Assembly: GCA_025358355.1 (NCBI GenBank)
Contig: JANYJX010000014.1
Location: 2,893 to 66,892 of the forward strand
Length of the DNA: 64,000 bases
Direction of reading: 5' to 3'
Source: Actinomycetes bacterium
Lineage (GTDB): Bacteria > Actinomycetota > Thermoleophilia > Gaiellales > Gaiellaceae
Shown in pieces: positions 29,340-38,815 of the stretch (position 1 is its first letter; every line of letters begins with the position of its first letter). The notes below the pieces were generated by a model. The model searched no databases and had not been told where the DNA came from. It saw only the letters and a program-made list of their open reading frames with translations. The translations under genes were made by a program, and so were the position numbers.

Positions 29340-29552
29340 CTACGGACACCTCGACGGGGCTTGCACGATCCGACGCGCATGGTTGCCTGGATTCTGCGGG
29401 GTCGCGAACACCGAGAGCTGGCAGCAACCGCGCGGGCAGCGCATCAACGCCCAGACGTGCCCGCTCCTACGCAGAAGCGTCCAGCCCCCACGTTCGACGG
29501 ACGCGAGCGCCTCTCGTACCTCCTTGCTCGGATGACGGTCGTGTTGGCTCAT
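29340..29552 (-). CDS. HicA-like small toxin (Cys-containing)
   Basis: HPSKEVREAL...GWTL...GHVW...CPRGCC..SVFATPQNP; directly upstream of the antitoxin-like gene. Confidence 0.6.
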   Translation of the reverse strand: MSQHDRHPSKEVREALASVERGGWTLLRRSGHVWALMRCPRGCCQLSVFATPQNPGNHARRIVQAPSRCP

Positions 29553-29781
29553 TCGTAGCCGCACTGTTGGCGGTTGTCAACACCTCTCCGAGCGCCCCTC
29601 GAACATAGCCAGCGACGACATCGCCAGATAGTCGCTTAATCGGTCACGACCACAGGAGACAGGACGACGACCAGGGTCGCTTCCATCGCTCTATCGAACG
29701 GCGGACATCAGGAGCCGCTGTGGTGTAGAGACGGCCTTGCAGCGACCATTCATGGTGTCATCGAAAGCCGAGGAGGCACAC

Positions 29782-29988
29782 ATGCATCCCTACTTCTTCT
29801 CCCAGCTGTACCGCGAGCGATTGGCCCAGTTCGAGCGGGAAGCCGAGTACCGCCGGCATCTGCCGAAGCGTGAACGCCGCTTGCTCAGGCAGGTCGGCTC
29901 GCTGCTCATGCGATCGCACCGGACGGTGCCGATCGTGACTGTGCCGATCGTGACGCCGGTCACAGCGGAAGCGTGCACGTGCCACTGA
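29782..29988 (+). CDS. Small hypothetical protein
   Basis: Strong GAGGAGG RBS; [22 protein letters not shown]. Confidence 0.6.
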   Translation: MHPYFFSQLYRERLAQFEREAEYRRHLPKRERRLLRQVGSLLMRSHRTVPIVTVPIVTPVTAEACTCH

Positions 29989-29996
29989 CCGCCACA

Positions 29997-30900
29997 ATGC
30001 GGCAGATTAGCCCGGCAACCGACAGGGCAGGCCACGACCGCTGGCTCGGCGTCGAGGTGCGGCACCTTGCCGCCCTCCGCGCCGTGGCCGAGGAGGGCAC
30101 GTTCGGCGCGGCAGCACTCCGACTCGGCTACGCGCAGTCGGCGATCAGCCAGCAGATCGCCGCGCTCGAACGCCACGTCGGCCGGCGAGCTGCTCCTGGG
30201 ACACGCGGAATCGATTATGACCCGCCTGTCGGCCGCACGGATCGACCTCGACTCGATCGCCGACGAAGATCTCGGCACGACGATTCGCGTCGGCGCCTAC
30301 CAGAGCGTCGCCGCAGCGATCCTGCCGCTCATCCTGCAGGAGCTCGGCGCTGACCCGGACGAAGTGCAGTTCGATCTCACCGAATCGAACGACGACCGCG
30401 TGCTCCTCGAGATGCTGGAACGCGGCGAGCTGGATGTCGCTTTCACCGAGCTGCCGCTGCCCGACCGTCCGCTCGAAGCGACGCGACTCCTGGACGATCC
30501 CTACGGGCTGCTCCTCCACGAGGAGCACCCCTACGCCGCGCTCGGCCGCGATCTCACACTGGAGGAGGTCGCCGCGATCCCGCTGATTGCGTGTAGACGC
30601 AACTCGGGCGAAACCCGCCTAGACGAGGCTTTCGCGCTCCACGGTCTCTTGCCCCGTTTCGTGCAGAAGGTCGAGGACACCGGCACGCTCCACGGCTTCG
30701 TCGTGGCCGGGCTCGGCGGCGGGCTCATCCCGCGCTTGGCCGCGAACGTCGAGGGCAAGCCGCTTGTCGCGCTCCCGATCGAGCCACGACTACCGCACCG
30801 CGTCGTCGCGATCGCCTGGCACCGCGACCGCCTCCACACCGGCACGGCCGGGATGTTCGTCGACCTCGCCGTGGAGGTCGCGGCTCAACACGCGGGCTAG
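29997..30900 (+). pseudogene. LysR family regulator, frameshifted by an internal deletion
   Basis: The HTH (RHLAAL...[24 protein letters not shown]) and the substrate-binding domain lie in different frames; the linker is missing near 30180. Confidence 0.8.
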
Positions 30901-30926
30901 CGACTGCTTTCGGCATGCTGTAGCGC

Positions 30927-31475
30927 ATGGAGCACCGTGACCTCGCGACACTCAACGCCGGGCGCGACCAGATCCTCGCATCACCGAAGAACGACGGGCG
31001 TGTCGACCTGATCGTTCGGCGACCCGCGATCGACGAGCGCGAGACCGTCACCGAAGCAACGCTCGATACCGTCGAGGGGCTCGTGGGCGACAGCTGGCGC
31101 GGCCGCGGAGCGACGAGCACACCGGACGGGTCGGCCAACCCGAAGGCGCAGCTAACCCTGATGAACGCCCGTGTCGCCGCCCTTGTCGCGGTGAGTCCCG
31201 ACCGGATTCCGCTCGCCGGCGACCAGTTCTTCGTCGACTTCGACCTGACCGCCACGAACGTTCCCGCGGGAACGCGCCTGGCGCTCGGCTCGGCGGTCAT
31301 CGAGGTCAGCGACGAGCCTCACATGGGCTGCCGCAAGTTCTTCGACCGGTTCGGCAACGACGCGCACCGCTTCGTCAACTCCAAGGAAGACCGCGAACTC
31401 CACCTCCGAGGCATCAACGCGTTCGTCGTCACGGGCGGAACCGTCCGCGCCGGCGATACGATCAGCAAGGTTTAG
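30927..31475 (+). CDS. MOSC domain-containing protein
   Basis: GLVGDSW, QLTLMN, AGDQFFVD, GCRKF and LRGINA motifs. Confidence 0.85.
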   Translation: MEHRDLATLNAGRDQILASPKNDGRVDLIVRRPAIDERETVTEATLDTVEGLVGDSWRGRGATSTPDGSANPKAQLTLMNARVAALVAVSPDRIPLAGDQFFVDFDLTATNVPAGTRLALGSAVIEVSDEPHMGCRKFFDRFGNDAHRFVNSKEDRELHLRGINAFVVTGGTVRAGDTISKV

Positions 31476-31918
31476 AAGAGCGCGAGCAAGAGCTCGTCGA
31501 CGTCGCCGTCCGTTGCCTCGCCGGTGATCTCGAAGCCACACTTCTCCAGCACCCGCGTCGACGCGATGTTGTGCTTTGCGACGCGCGCTAGAAGCGGCCG
31601 CGTGGTCACCTCGCTGACGAACACCGCAAGCGCGGCAGACGCGATTCCCCGTCCCCAGTGTTCCTTGCCGACCCAGTAGCCGACGTACCGCTCGCCGTCG
31701 CTCAACCAGCTCACGACGTTGCCGACGACCAGCCCCTCGACGAGGACGGTGCGAAGGATGACCGACTCATCGCGGCGGATGCGCGCCCAATGCGCCGTGA
31801 ACGCCTCGAGATCTCGCGCGGGAAACGCGGCCATCGCCTTCGCGTCCGGATCGAGCTGGTGCTCGAAGAGAGCTGGGAGATCGTCGTCGAGCACGTCGCG
31901 GAGCGCGACGGCCGTCAG
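31472..31918 (-). CDS. GNAT family N-acetyltransferase (RimJ/RimL-like)
   Basis: VGYWVGKEHWGRGIAS and NIASTRVLEKCGF; start apparently CTG in a CTGA overlap. Confidence 0.85.
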   Translation of the reverse strand: MTAVALRDVLDDDLPALFEHQLDPDAKAMAAFPARDLEAFTAHWARIRRDESVILRTVLVEGLVVGNVVSWLSDGERYVGYWVGKEHWGRGIASAALAVFVSEVTTRPLLARVAKHNIASTRVLEKCGFEITGEATDGDVDELLLALF

Positions 31919-32937
31919 CGCCGGCGAAGTGTTGCGTCTTCGAGCGACGGCGGGGTGTAGCCGGTGTCCGCCGCGTTGAAGCCCGTTCCCGGCGGGACGA
32001 TCTCGTCGATCCGATCGAGGATCTCCGCGCTCAATACGACGTCTTGCGCGCCGAGATGGCTCTCGAGCTGCTCCATCGTGCGCGGGCCGACAATCGCTGC
32101 CGTCACCGCCGGATGGTTGATCACGAACGCGAGAGCCAGATGCACGAGGGAGATTCCGACATCGTCCGCAAGCGCGCCCAGCGCGTCGGCGGCCTCGAAC
32201 TTGCGCTGATTGTCTGGCAACGACATGTCGAAGCGGGCCGGAATGCGCTTCGCGCGAGTCGACTGCGGCAGATCGCGCCCCTTCCGATACCCGCCGCTGA
32301 GCCAGCCGCCCGCAAGCGGGCTCCAGGGAATGACGCCCATCCCGTACTGCTCGCAGACGGGCAGCACGTCGCGCTCGATCCCACGCACGAGCAGCGAGTA
32401 CGGTGGCTGCTCGCAGACGAACCGCTCGCGCCCGCGCCGCTCGGCCACCCACTGCGCCTCGACGATCTCGTGCGCCGGAAACGTCGACGAGCCGATGTAG
32501 CGCACCTTGCCGGCGCGGACGAGATCGGTGAGCGCGCCAAGCGTCTCGTCGATATCGGTTCCCGGCTCGGGGCGATGGATCTGGTAGAGGTCGATCCAAT
32601 CCGTGCCAAGCCGGCGGAGACTCGCGTCGACCTCCTTGATGATCCAGCGGCGCGAGTTGCCGCGCTCATTCTGGCTGTCGCCCATCGTCCCGTGCACCTT
32701 CGTCGCGAGAATCACGTCGTCGCGACGGCCGACGAGCGCCTTGCCGACGATCTCCTCCGACTCGCCGCGCGCGTAAACGTCGGCCGTATCGATGAAGTTG
32801 ATGCCCGCGTCGAGTGCTCGATGGATGATGCGGATCGACTCGTCGTGGTCGGTGTTGCCCCAGGCGCCGAACATCATCGCGCCGAGACAGAGCGGCGAGA
32901 CCATCGTTCCGGTGCGACCTAGAGGGCGAAGTTCCAC
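31915..32937 (-). CDS. Aldo/keto reductase
   Basis: LGAMMFG, FIDTADVY, LATK, IDLYQIH and PWSPLAGG motifs. Confidence 0.93.
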   Translation of the reverse strand: MELRPLGRTGTMVSPLCLGAMMFGAWGNTDHDESIRIIHRALDAGINFIDTADVYARGESEEIVGKALVGRRDDVILATKVHGTMGDSQNERGNSRRWIIKEVDASLRRLGTDWIDLYQIHRPEPGTDIDETLGALTDLVRAGKVRYIGSSTFPAHEIVEAQWVAERRGRERFVCEQPPYSLLVRGIERDVLPVCEQYGMGVIPWSPLAGGWLSGGYRKGRDLPQSTRAKRIPARFDMSLPDNQRKFEAADALGALADDVGISLVHLALAFVINHPAVTAAIVGPRTMEQLESHLGAQDVVLSAEILDRIDEIVPPGTGFNAADTGYTPPSLEDATLRRR

Positions 32938-32989
32938 GCCACCAGCCTAACGTTGCGGTGCGCCCTCGCGACCGCGTAGGCTCCGACCG

Positions 32990-33418
32990 ATGAGTGAGCA
33001 CGTGCCTGAGCCTCTGACTGGTGGGTGCCTCTGCGGCGGTGTCCGTTTTGAAGTGACCGAGCCGCCACTCGTGGCGCTCTACTGCCACTGCACCCGTTGC
33101 CAGCGACGCAGCGGATCGGCCGCTTCCGCGAACGCGAGAATCGCGCCGGGATCGCTCAAGGTCACGGCCGGCGAGCAGCTGGTCAAGAGCTACAACGCCG
33201 GCGATGGCGCATTCAAGAAAGCGTTCTGCTCGGAGTGCGGCTCCGCCCTCTGGTCTGAGCACCCGGAAAACCCCGACTTCCGCGCGGTCAGGCTCGGCGC
33301 GTTCGACTCCGATCCCGGGATCCGCCCGAGCTTCCGTCAGTTCGTCGCATACGCCGCGCCGTGGGAGCCGATCCCAGACGACGGCCTGACGCGCTACCCC
33401 GAACGCATTCCCTCGTAA
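32990..33418 (+). CDS. GFA (CENP-V) family protein
   Basis: GGCLCGGVRF, CHCTRCQ and FCSECGS motifs. Confidence 0.92.
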   Translation: MSEHVPEPLTGGCLCGGVRFEVTEPPLVALYCHCTRCQRRSGSAASANARIAPGSLKVTAGEQLVKSYNAGDGAFKKAFCSECGSALWSEHPENPDFRAVRLGAFDSDPGIRPSFRQFVAYAAPWEPIPDDGLTRYPERIPS

Positions 33419-33427
33419 GCGGCTGAG

Positions 33428-34591
33428 ATCCGGATCCTCTTCTCATGTACCGCGGCCGAGGGGCACTTTCGCCCGCTGTTGCCGCTCGCCCGCGCGATCC
33501 GCGACGACGGACACGCGATTGCCTTCGCGACAGCCGGCTCGTTCGGCGAACGGGTCGAGGCGGCCGGATTTCGACTCCTCGTCGCGGGAATCGACGAGCA
33601 GGAGCTGCTCAGACGCTGGGCGCCGGCGCGGTTGCAGGTCCAGACGATGCCGCCGAGCGAGCAGCGACCATTCGCCTTTAGTTCACGGTTCGCCCGAATC
33701 GAAGCACCCGCGAAGCTGCCGGGACTTCGGGGGGTCGTAGGGGAATGGCAGCCGGACCTGATCGTCCATGAGTCTGCCGATCTCGCTGCACCGGTCGTCG
33801 CCGCCGCACTCGGAGTGCCATCGGTGCACCACGGCTTCGGTCGCGCCGTACCTCGTGCGTGCTTCGAACAGGCGGCAGCCGAGGTGGAGTCGCTCTGGCG
33901 AGATCAAGGGCTCGACCCGGAGCCCCTGTGCGGTGCGTTCCGTGGTCGCTACGTCGACATCTGCCCACCGAGCCTCCAGCCGGAACCCGCGCCCGACGGC
34001 GTCACGGTGCTACGGCTGCGTCCCGCCGAGCCGGAAGCCCTCACGGGTACCTCGGTGCCGTGGGGCACTCGTCTGCCCGAGCGGCCCACTGTCTATGTGA
34101 CCTTGGGGACGATCTTCAACGCTCTTTCGATCTTCCGGCTACTGCTGGATGCGCTTGCAGACCTGGACTGCAACGTGATCGCAACGATCGGTAGCGGCAA
34201 CGATCCGGCGTCACTCGAGCCTCTGCCCGAGAACGCCATCGTCGAGCGCTACATCCCGCAAGCTCAGGTGCTTCCGCACGTCAACCTGGTGGTCAGCCAC
34301 GGCGGTTCAGGCTCCATGCTCGCCGCGCTCGCCTACGGGCTGCCGCAGCTGCTTCTTCCCCAGGGAGCGGATCAGTTCGAGAATGCCAACGCCTGCCGGG
34401 CGGCCAGCGCAGCTCGCATGCTGATGCCAGCCCAACTCAGCGTTGTCGCAGTTCGGGCGGAGCTGGTCATTCTCCTCAACAACCGCTCTTACGCAGAACG
34501 TGCACGGGAGATCGCGAGCGAGATCGCGGCGATGCCGTCGGCAGCCGCTGTCGCAGCGCAGCTCAGCGCCGCGCCCGAGGCCGGTTCCTAG
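33428..34591 (+). CDS. GT1/MGT family glycosyltransferase (no canonical start at the expected position)
   Basis: RILFSCTAAEGHFRPL N-terminus, DLIVHE, YVTLGT and SHGGSGS...DQF motifs; frame opens after TAA with ATC where ATG is expected. Confidence 0.85.
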   Translation: MRILFSCTAAEGHFRPLLPLARAIRDDGHAIAFATAGSFGERVEAAGFRLLVAGIDEQELLRRWAPARLQVQTMPPSEQRPFAFSSRFARIEAPAKLPGLRGVVGEWQPDLIVHESADLAAPVVAAALGVPSVHHGFGRAVPRACFEQAAAEVESLWRDQGLDPEPLCGAFRGRYVDICPPSLQPEPAPDGVTVLRLRPAEPEALTGTSVPWGTRLPERPTVYVTLGTIFNALSIFRLLLDALADLDCNVIATIGSGNDPASLEPLPENAIVERYIPQAQVLPHVNLVVSHGGSGSMLAALAYGLPQLLLPQGADQFENANACRAASAARMLMPAQLSVVAVRAELVILLNNRSYAERAREIASEIAAMPSAAAVAAQLSAAPEAGS

Positions 34592-35616
34592 CCCGCGCTG
34601 CTGGAGGTCGACCAGAGATTGAGCGCGCCGTCGGTGGCGTAGCGGTCGATCTCGTCGAGCTCGACCTTCGTGAAGTCGAGCCGTGCGAGTGCGGCGACGT
34701 TCGCCTCCAGCTGCGCAACACTCGACGCGCCGGCCAGCGTCGAGGTCATCCTCGGGTCGCGCAACGTCCACGCGAGCGCCATCTGCGCGAGCGTCTGGCC
34801 GCGTCCCTCCGCGATCTCGTTCAGCGCGCGGAGCTTGGCGAGCGTCTCGTCGGTCAGCAGCTCAGGCGAGAGAGACCCTGACCGACTCGCGCGCGATCCT
34901 GCGGGAATCCCGCCCAGATAACGGTCGCTCAGCATCCCTTGCGCGAGCGGCGAGAAACCGATGCACCCGACGCCCAGCTCGCCGAGCGCGTCGAGCAAAT
35001 CCGGCTCGATCCAGCGGTTCAGCATCGAATACGACGGCTGGTGGATCACGAGCGGCGTCCCGAGCCTGCGCAGGATCGCGGCGGCCTCGCGGGTCTTCTC
35101 GGCCGAGTACGACGAGACGCCGACGTACAGCGCTTTCCCCTGCCGCACAACGGTGTCGAGCGCGCCCATCGTCTCCTCGAGCGGCGTTTCCGGGTCAAAA
35201 CGATGCGAGTAGAAGATGTCGACGTAGTCGAGGCCCAGCCGCGCGAGGCTCTGATCGAGGCTCGCGACGAGGTACTTGCGCGATCCCCACTCGCCGTATG
35301 GGCCGTCCCACATGTGGTAGCCGGCCTTCGTCGAGATCACGAGCTCGTCGCGGTACGGCCGCAAGTCCTCGCGCAGCATGCGGCCGAAGTTCTCCTCCGC
35401 GGAGCCGTACGGCGGGCCGTAGTTATTCGCGAGATCGAGATGCGTGATGCCGAGGTCAAACGCGCGTTGAACGATCGCGCGCGATGTCTCGAACGGCACG
35501 TCGTGACCAAAGTTCTGCCACAGGCCGAGGGTCAGCGCCGGCAGCTGCAGGCCGCTTCGCCCGCTGCGCCGATAGGACATTGAGCCGTAGCGATCAGCAG
35601 CGGCAAGATAGGTCAT
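34588..35616 (-). CDS. Aldo/keto reductase (L-glyceraldehyde-3-phosphate reductase YghZ-like)
   Basis: YRRSGRSGLQLP, LGLWQNFG, DLANNYGPPYGSAEE and ISTKAGY motifs. Confidence 0.92.
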   Translation of the reverse strand: MTYLAAADRYGSMSYRRSGRSGLQLPALTLGLWQNFGHDVPFETSRAIVQRAFDLGITHLDLANNYGPPYGSAEENFGRMLREDLRPYRDELVISTKAGYHMWDGPYGEWGSRKYLVASLDQSLARLGLDYVDIFYSHRFDPETPLEETMGALDTVVRQGKALYVGVSSYSAEKTREAAAILRRLGTPLVIHQPSYSMLNRWIEPDLLDALGELGVGCIGFSPLAQGMLSDRYLGGIPAGSRASRSGSLSPELLTDETLAKLRALNEIAEGRGQTLAQMALAWTLRDPRMTSTLAGASSVAQLEANVAALARLDFTKVELDEIDRYATDGALNLWSTSSSAG

Positions 35617-35643
35617 CTGGTTGAGACTAACCGCTCGCGCCTT

Positions 35644-36597
35644 ATGATCGCCGCGGTGGCGCGACTCGGTAAGACCGATCTCGACGTGTTCCCGTTCTGC
35701 CTTGGCGGCAACACCTTCGGCTGGGCGAGCGACGAGACAGAGTCGTTCGCCGTTCTCGACGCATACGCAGCAGCCGGCGGCAACTTCATCGATACGGCCG
35801 ACGCCTACTCGGCTTGGGTTCACGGCCACGAGGGCGGCGAATCCGAGACAATCATCGGCCGCTGGATGGCGTCGCGTGGCAACCGCAATCAGATGGTGGT
35901 CGCGACGAAGGTCGGCCGCCTGACCGATCTCGCCGATCTTCGCGCAGACACGATCCGCACAGCTGTCGAGGGCTCACTGCGCCGGCTACAGACCGACCGC
36001 ATCGACCTCTACTACGCACACGGCGACGACGACAGCTCGATTCCGCTAGCCGAGACGCTAGGCGCGTTCGACGAGCTCGTCCGCGCCGGCAAGATCCGCC
36101 ACGCCGCAGCATCCAACTACGAGGTGCATCGGCTCGGCGAGGCACTCCGTACGAGCAAGGCTGCCGGCCTTACGCCGTATGTGGCGCTCCAACCGCACTA
36201 CAACCTCATGGAGCGCGAGTACGAGCAGGAGCTTGGGCCGCTGTGCTTCGCGGGCGGGCTCGCTTGCATTCCGTACTTCTCGCTCGCGATGGGCTTCCTC
36301 ACGGGCAAGTACCGGGCGGGCGTCGCTGTTACAAGCGTGCGAGCGGAGGGTGCGACTGGCTACCTCGACGAACGCGGTATCGCCGTGCTCGCGTCGCTCG
36401 ATGCGATCTCCGCAGCGCACGGCTCGACTCAGGCCGCCGTCGCACTCGCGTGGCTCCTCGCGCAGCCAACCGTCGTCGCGCCGGTCGCAAGCGCCCGCAC
36501 AGCCGAGCAACTTGCCGAACTGCTGCCGTTCGTCGACCTCGAGCTGACCGCCGAGGAACTCGCCGAGCTCAGCCGCGCGTCGCGCCCGAGTCCCTAA
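35644..36597 (+). CDS. Aldo/keto reductase
   Basis: LGGNTFGW, FIDTADAYS, IDLYYAH and LQPHYNL motifs. Confidence 0.93.
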   Translation: MIAAVARLGKTDLDVFPFCLGGNTFGWASDETESFAVLDAYAAAGGNFIDTADAYSAWVHGHEGGESETIIGRWMASRGNRNQMVVATKVGRLTDLADLRADTIRTAVEGSLRRLQTDRIDLYYAHGDDDSSIPLAETLGAFDELVRAGKIRHAAASNYEVHRLGEALRTSKAAGLTPYVALQPHYNLMEREYEQELGPLCFAGGLACIPYFSLAMGFLTGKYRAGVAVTSVRAEGATGYLDERGIAVLASLDAISAAHGSTQAAVALAWLLAQPTVVAPVASARTAEQLAELLPFVDLELTAEELAELSRASRPSP

Positions 36598-36622
36598 ACT
36601 CTTCGGAAGCTTTACGAAGCCA

Positions 36623-38449
36623 TTGCAGACGGGCGTTACGGTTCAGGCCGTGCTCCGCCGCCTTCTCGCCACCAGCGCCTTGCTCACGATCGCGCTCGGC
36701 ACTGCAGCGTTCGCCGGCGCAACACCCGCCGCTCGAGCCGTCGATGCGTGTCGTGTTCCCGACACGGCGCCGCTTTGGGTCGACTACGGCGAAGGCCCCG
36801 TCAAGCCAGATACGCGCGCCGTCCTCGCCAAGCTGGGCGTCGTCGTCGCGACGAGCGGAACCAAGATCCCGGCGAACTTCCGCAAGAAGGGCGCGGCGAC
36901 CACCTACTTCGTGATCCATCTGCCGAAGCTCGTTGGCCAGCCTTCGGCGCCGGCCGATCCCGCGACGATGCCAGCCGTCGCAGACGCGCTCTACGCGAGG
37001 GCCGCCGCTTCGACCGCATGCGCGACACCGTGGATCGCACTGAACGAGCTGTTCGGCTCATCGCTCCCAACGCCGTGGTCGCCGACGAACGCGCAGTACC
37101 GGGCGAACATCCTCGCTCTGATCCAGAGGCTTGCGGCGCACGGCGCGCATCCGGTCCTCTTCGCGAACGGGAATCCGAGCTTCGCGGGCGACGCCGCCGC
37201 GTGGTGGCAGCAGGTCGGCCAGGCCGGGGCGATTGCGTACGAGGCGTATTTCGATGCCCGCAAGATCTCGACCCTCGGGTCATTGCTCGGAAACCGCCGC
37301 GTGCGGCTCGGGATGCGCAGGACTCTGGCATCGTTCGTCGCGGCTGGCGTACCGTCGTCGCGACTCGGGCTCGTGCTCGGCTTCCACTCGGGGCTGATCG
37401 CGGGCGCCGGCGGACGCCAGGGCCTGCAGCCGCGCGAGGCGTGGCTCCGCGTCGTCAAGTGGGAGACGCTCGCTGCAAGCGAGGTCGCCGCCGACATGCA
37501 TCTCGGCTCGATCTGGATGTGGGGCTGGGGAACATTCGGTGCGGGTAGCGTCGATCCCGACAAACCGGCCGCGGCGTGCGTCTCGCTTTGGACGCGCAAC
37601 CAGGCGCTGTGCAACGCGCCAACCGTCGGAGGCGCAGCCTTCAACCCGTCACTGACCGAAGGTCAGATCGTGCTGCCGGCCGGTGTCGCCTGCAATCTCT
37701 TCGGCAGCCGCAGGATCCGCTCCGCCGATATCACCCAGCTCGCGGCCTTCACCGGCGATCGCGGCTCGGCGCTCGACACGCTGTTCGGCCGCATCGTCTT
37801 CCGAAATCGCGTGCAGGTCGGGAACGATCAAGTGCTCGCGGTCGAGCAGCAGTCGATCGCCCGTAACTTCGGTGGCGATCGCAACGCCTACATCGCGGCG
37901 CTCACGCAGGCACACGTGAGCGTCGGATTTGCGCGCAACCTGATCCGCGACGAGCTCAAGCGTCGCGCGATCCCAGCGATCCTGGCCGCCGCGGGAAGCG
38001 ATCAGGCGCCATACGACTGGCAGGCGAGCCTTCTCACAACGGAAGCGCGCACGATGATCTGCCTCCGCGATGAGCTCCCTGGCGGCAGCGACATCCGCAC
38101 CGACGACAACCGCTACGTCCCAATCGTCCCGCTGCTCACTCGGCTGCCGTTCCTGTTCGACGACACGACGCCGCCGACAGCCCCTGAAAGCGGCCCGGCC
38201 GCGATCGGCAAGGCGGTCCAGCTCAGCTGGCGCGCGCCAATCGACCCGGACGTGGCGGGGTTCGAAGTCCTCCGCTCGACGACACCGGGCGGGGTGTATA
38301 CGCGACTGAACGCGCGGCTCCTCATCCTCGAGAACTTCACCGACACTACTGCGCCCGCAGGCGTCACGTCGTACTACGTGGTGCGCGCGGTCGATACGTC
38401 CGGCAACGAGAGCGACCCCTCGCCCGAGCTCGCAGCAACGCCAGGCTAA
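36623..38449 (+). CDS. Large secreted protein: putative TIM-barrel domain plus C-terminal fibronectin type III domain
   Basis: Signal peptide; IALNEL and YEAY; C-terminal VQLSW...YYVVRAVDTSGNES is Fn3-like; start may lie a few codons downstream. Confidence 0.7.
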   Translation: MQTGVTVQAVLRRLLATSALLTIALGTAAFAGATPAARAVDACRVPDTAPLWVDYGEGPVKPDTRAVLAKLGVVVATSGTKIPANFRKKGAATTYFVIHLPKLVGQPSAPADPATMPAVADALYARAAASTACATPWIALNELFGSSLPTPWSPTNAQYRANILALIQRLAAHGAHPVLFANGNPSFAGDAAAWWQQVGQAGAIAYEAYFDARKISTLGSLLGNRRVRLGMRRTLASFVAAGVPSSRLGLVLGFHSGLIAGAGGRQGLQPREAWLRVVKWETLAASEVAADMHLGSIWMWGWGTFGAGSVDPDKPAAACVSLWTRNQALCNAPTVGGAAFNPSLTEGQIVLPAGVACNLFGSRRIRSADITQLAAFTGDRGSALDTLFGRIVFRNRVQVGNDQVLAVEQQSIARNFGGDRNAYIAALTQAHVSVGFARNLIRDELKRRAIPAILAAAGSDQAPYDWQASLLTTEARTMICLRDELPGGSDIRTDDNRYVPIVPLLTRLPFLFDDTTPPTAPESGPAAIGKAVQLSWRAPIDPDVAGFEVLRSTTPGGVYTRLNARLLILENFTDTTAPAGVTSYYVVRAVDTSGNESDPSPELAATPG

Positions 38450-38457
38450 CGGCGCGG

Positions 38458-38805
38458 CTAACGGCGCAAGTAGGCGTCGTCGCCGCGCACCCAGTCCTCG
38501 CGCACCGGCGAGAAGACGTCGAGCGCGATCGAGTCCTCGAGCGCTTCGACCTCGTGCGGCAGGTTTGCCGGGATCAGCACCGTCGCACCCGCACCGACGA
38601 TGTGCTCCTCGTCACCGAGCACGAACCGCAGGCGCCCTTCGAGCACATTCGTAATCTGCTCGTTCGGATGCTGATGGAGCGGCACGAGCGCCCCCTTCGC
38701 GAGGATGATCCGCGCGACCGTCATCGACTCCGTGTGCAGCATCTGCCGCCCGATCGTCGGGCTGAGCTGATCGACCGGCCACTCACTCCAAGGATGGATG
38801 CTCAC
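38458..38805 (-). CDS. Cupin domain protein
   Basis: HQHPNEQ...GRL and IPANLPHEV motifs; TAGGAT 7 nt before GTG. Confidence 0.9.
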   Translation of the reverse strand: MSIHPWSEWPVDQLSPTIGRQMLHTESMTVARIILAKGALVPLHQHPNEQITNVLEGRLRFVLGDEEHIVGAGATVLIPANLPHEVEALEDSIALDVFSPVREDWVRGDDAYLRR

Positions 38806-38815
38806 GGTGCCCATC

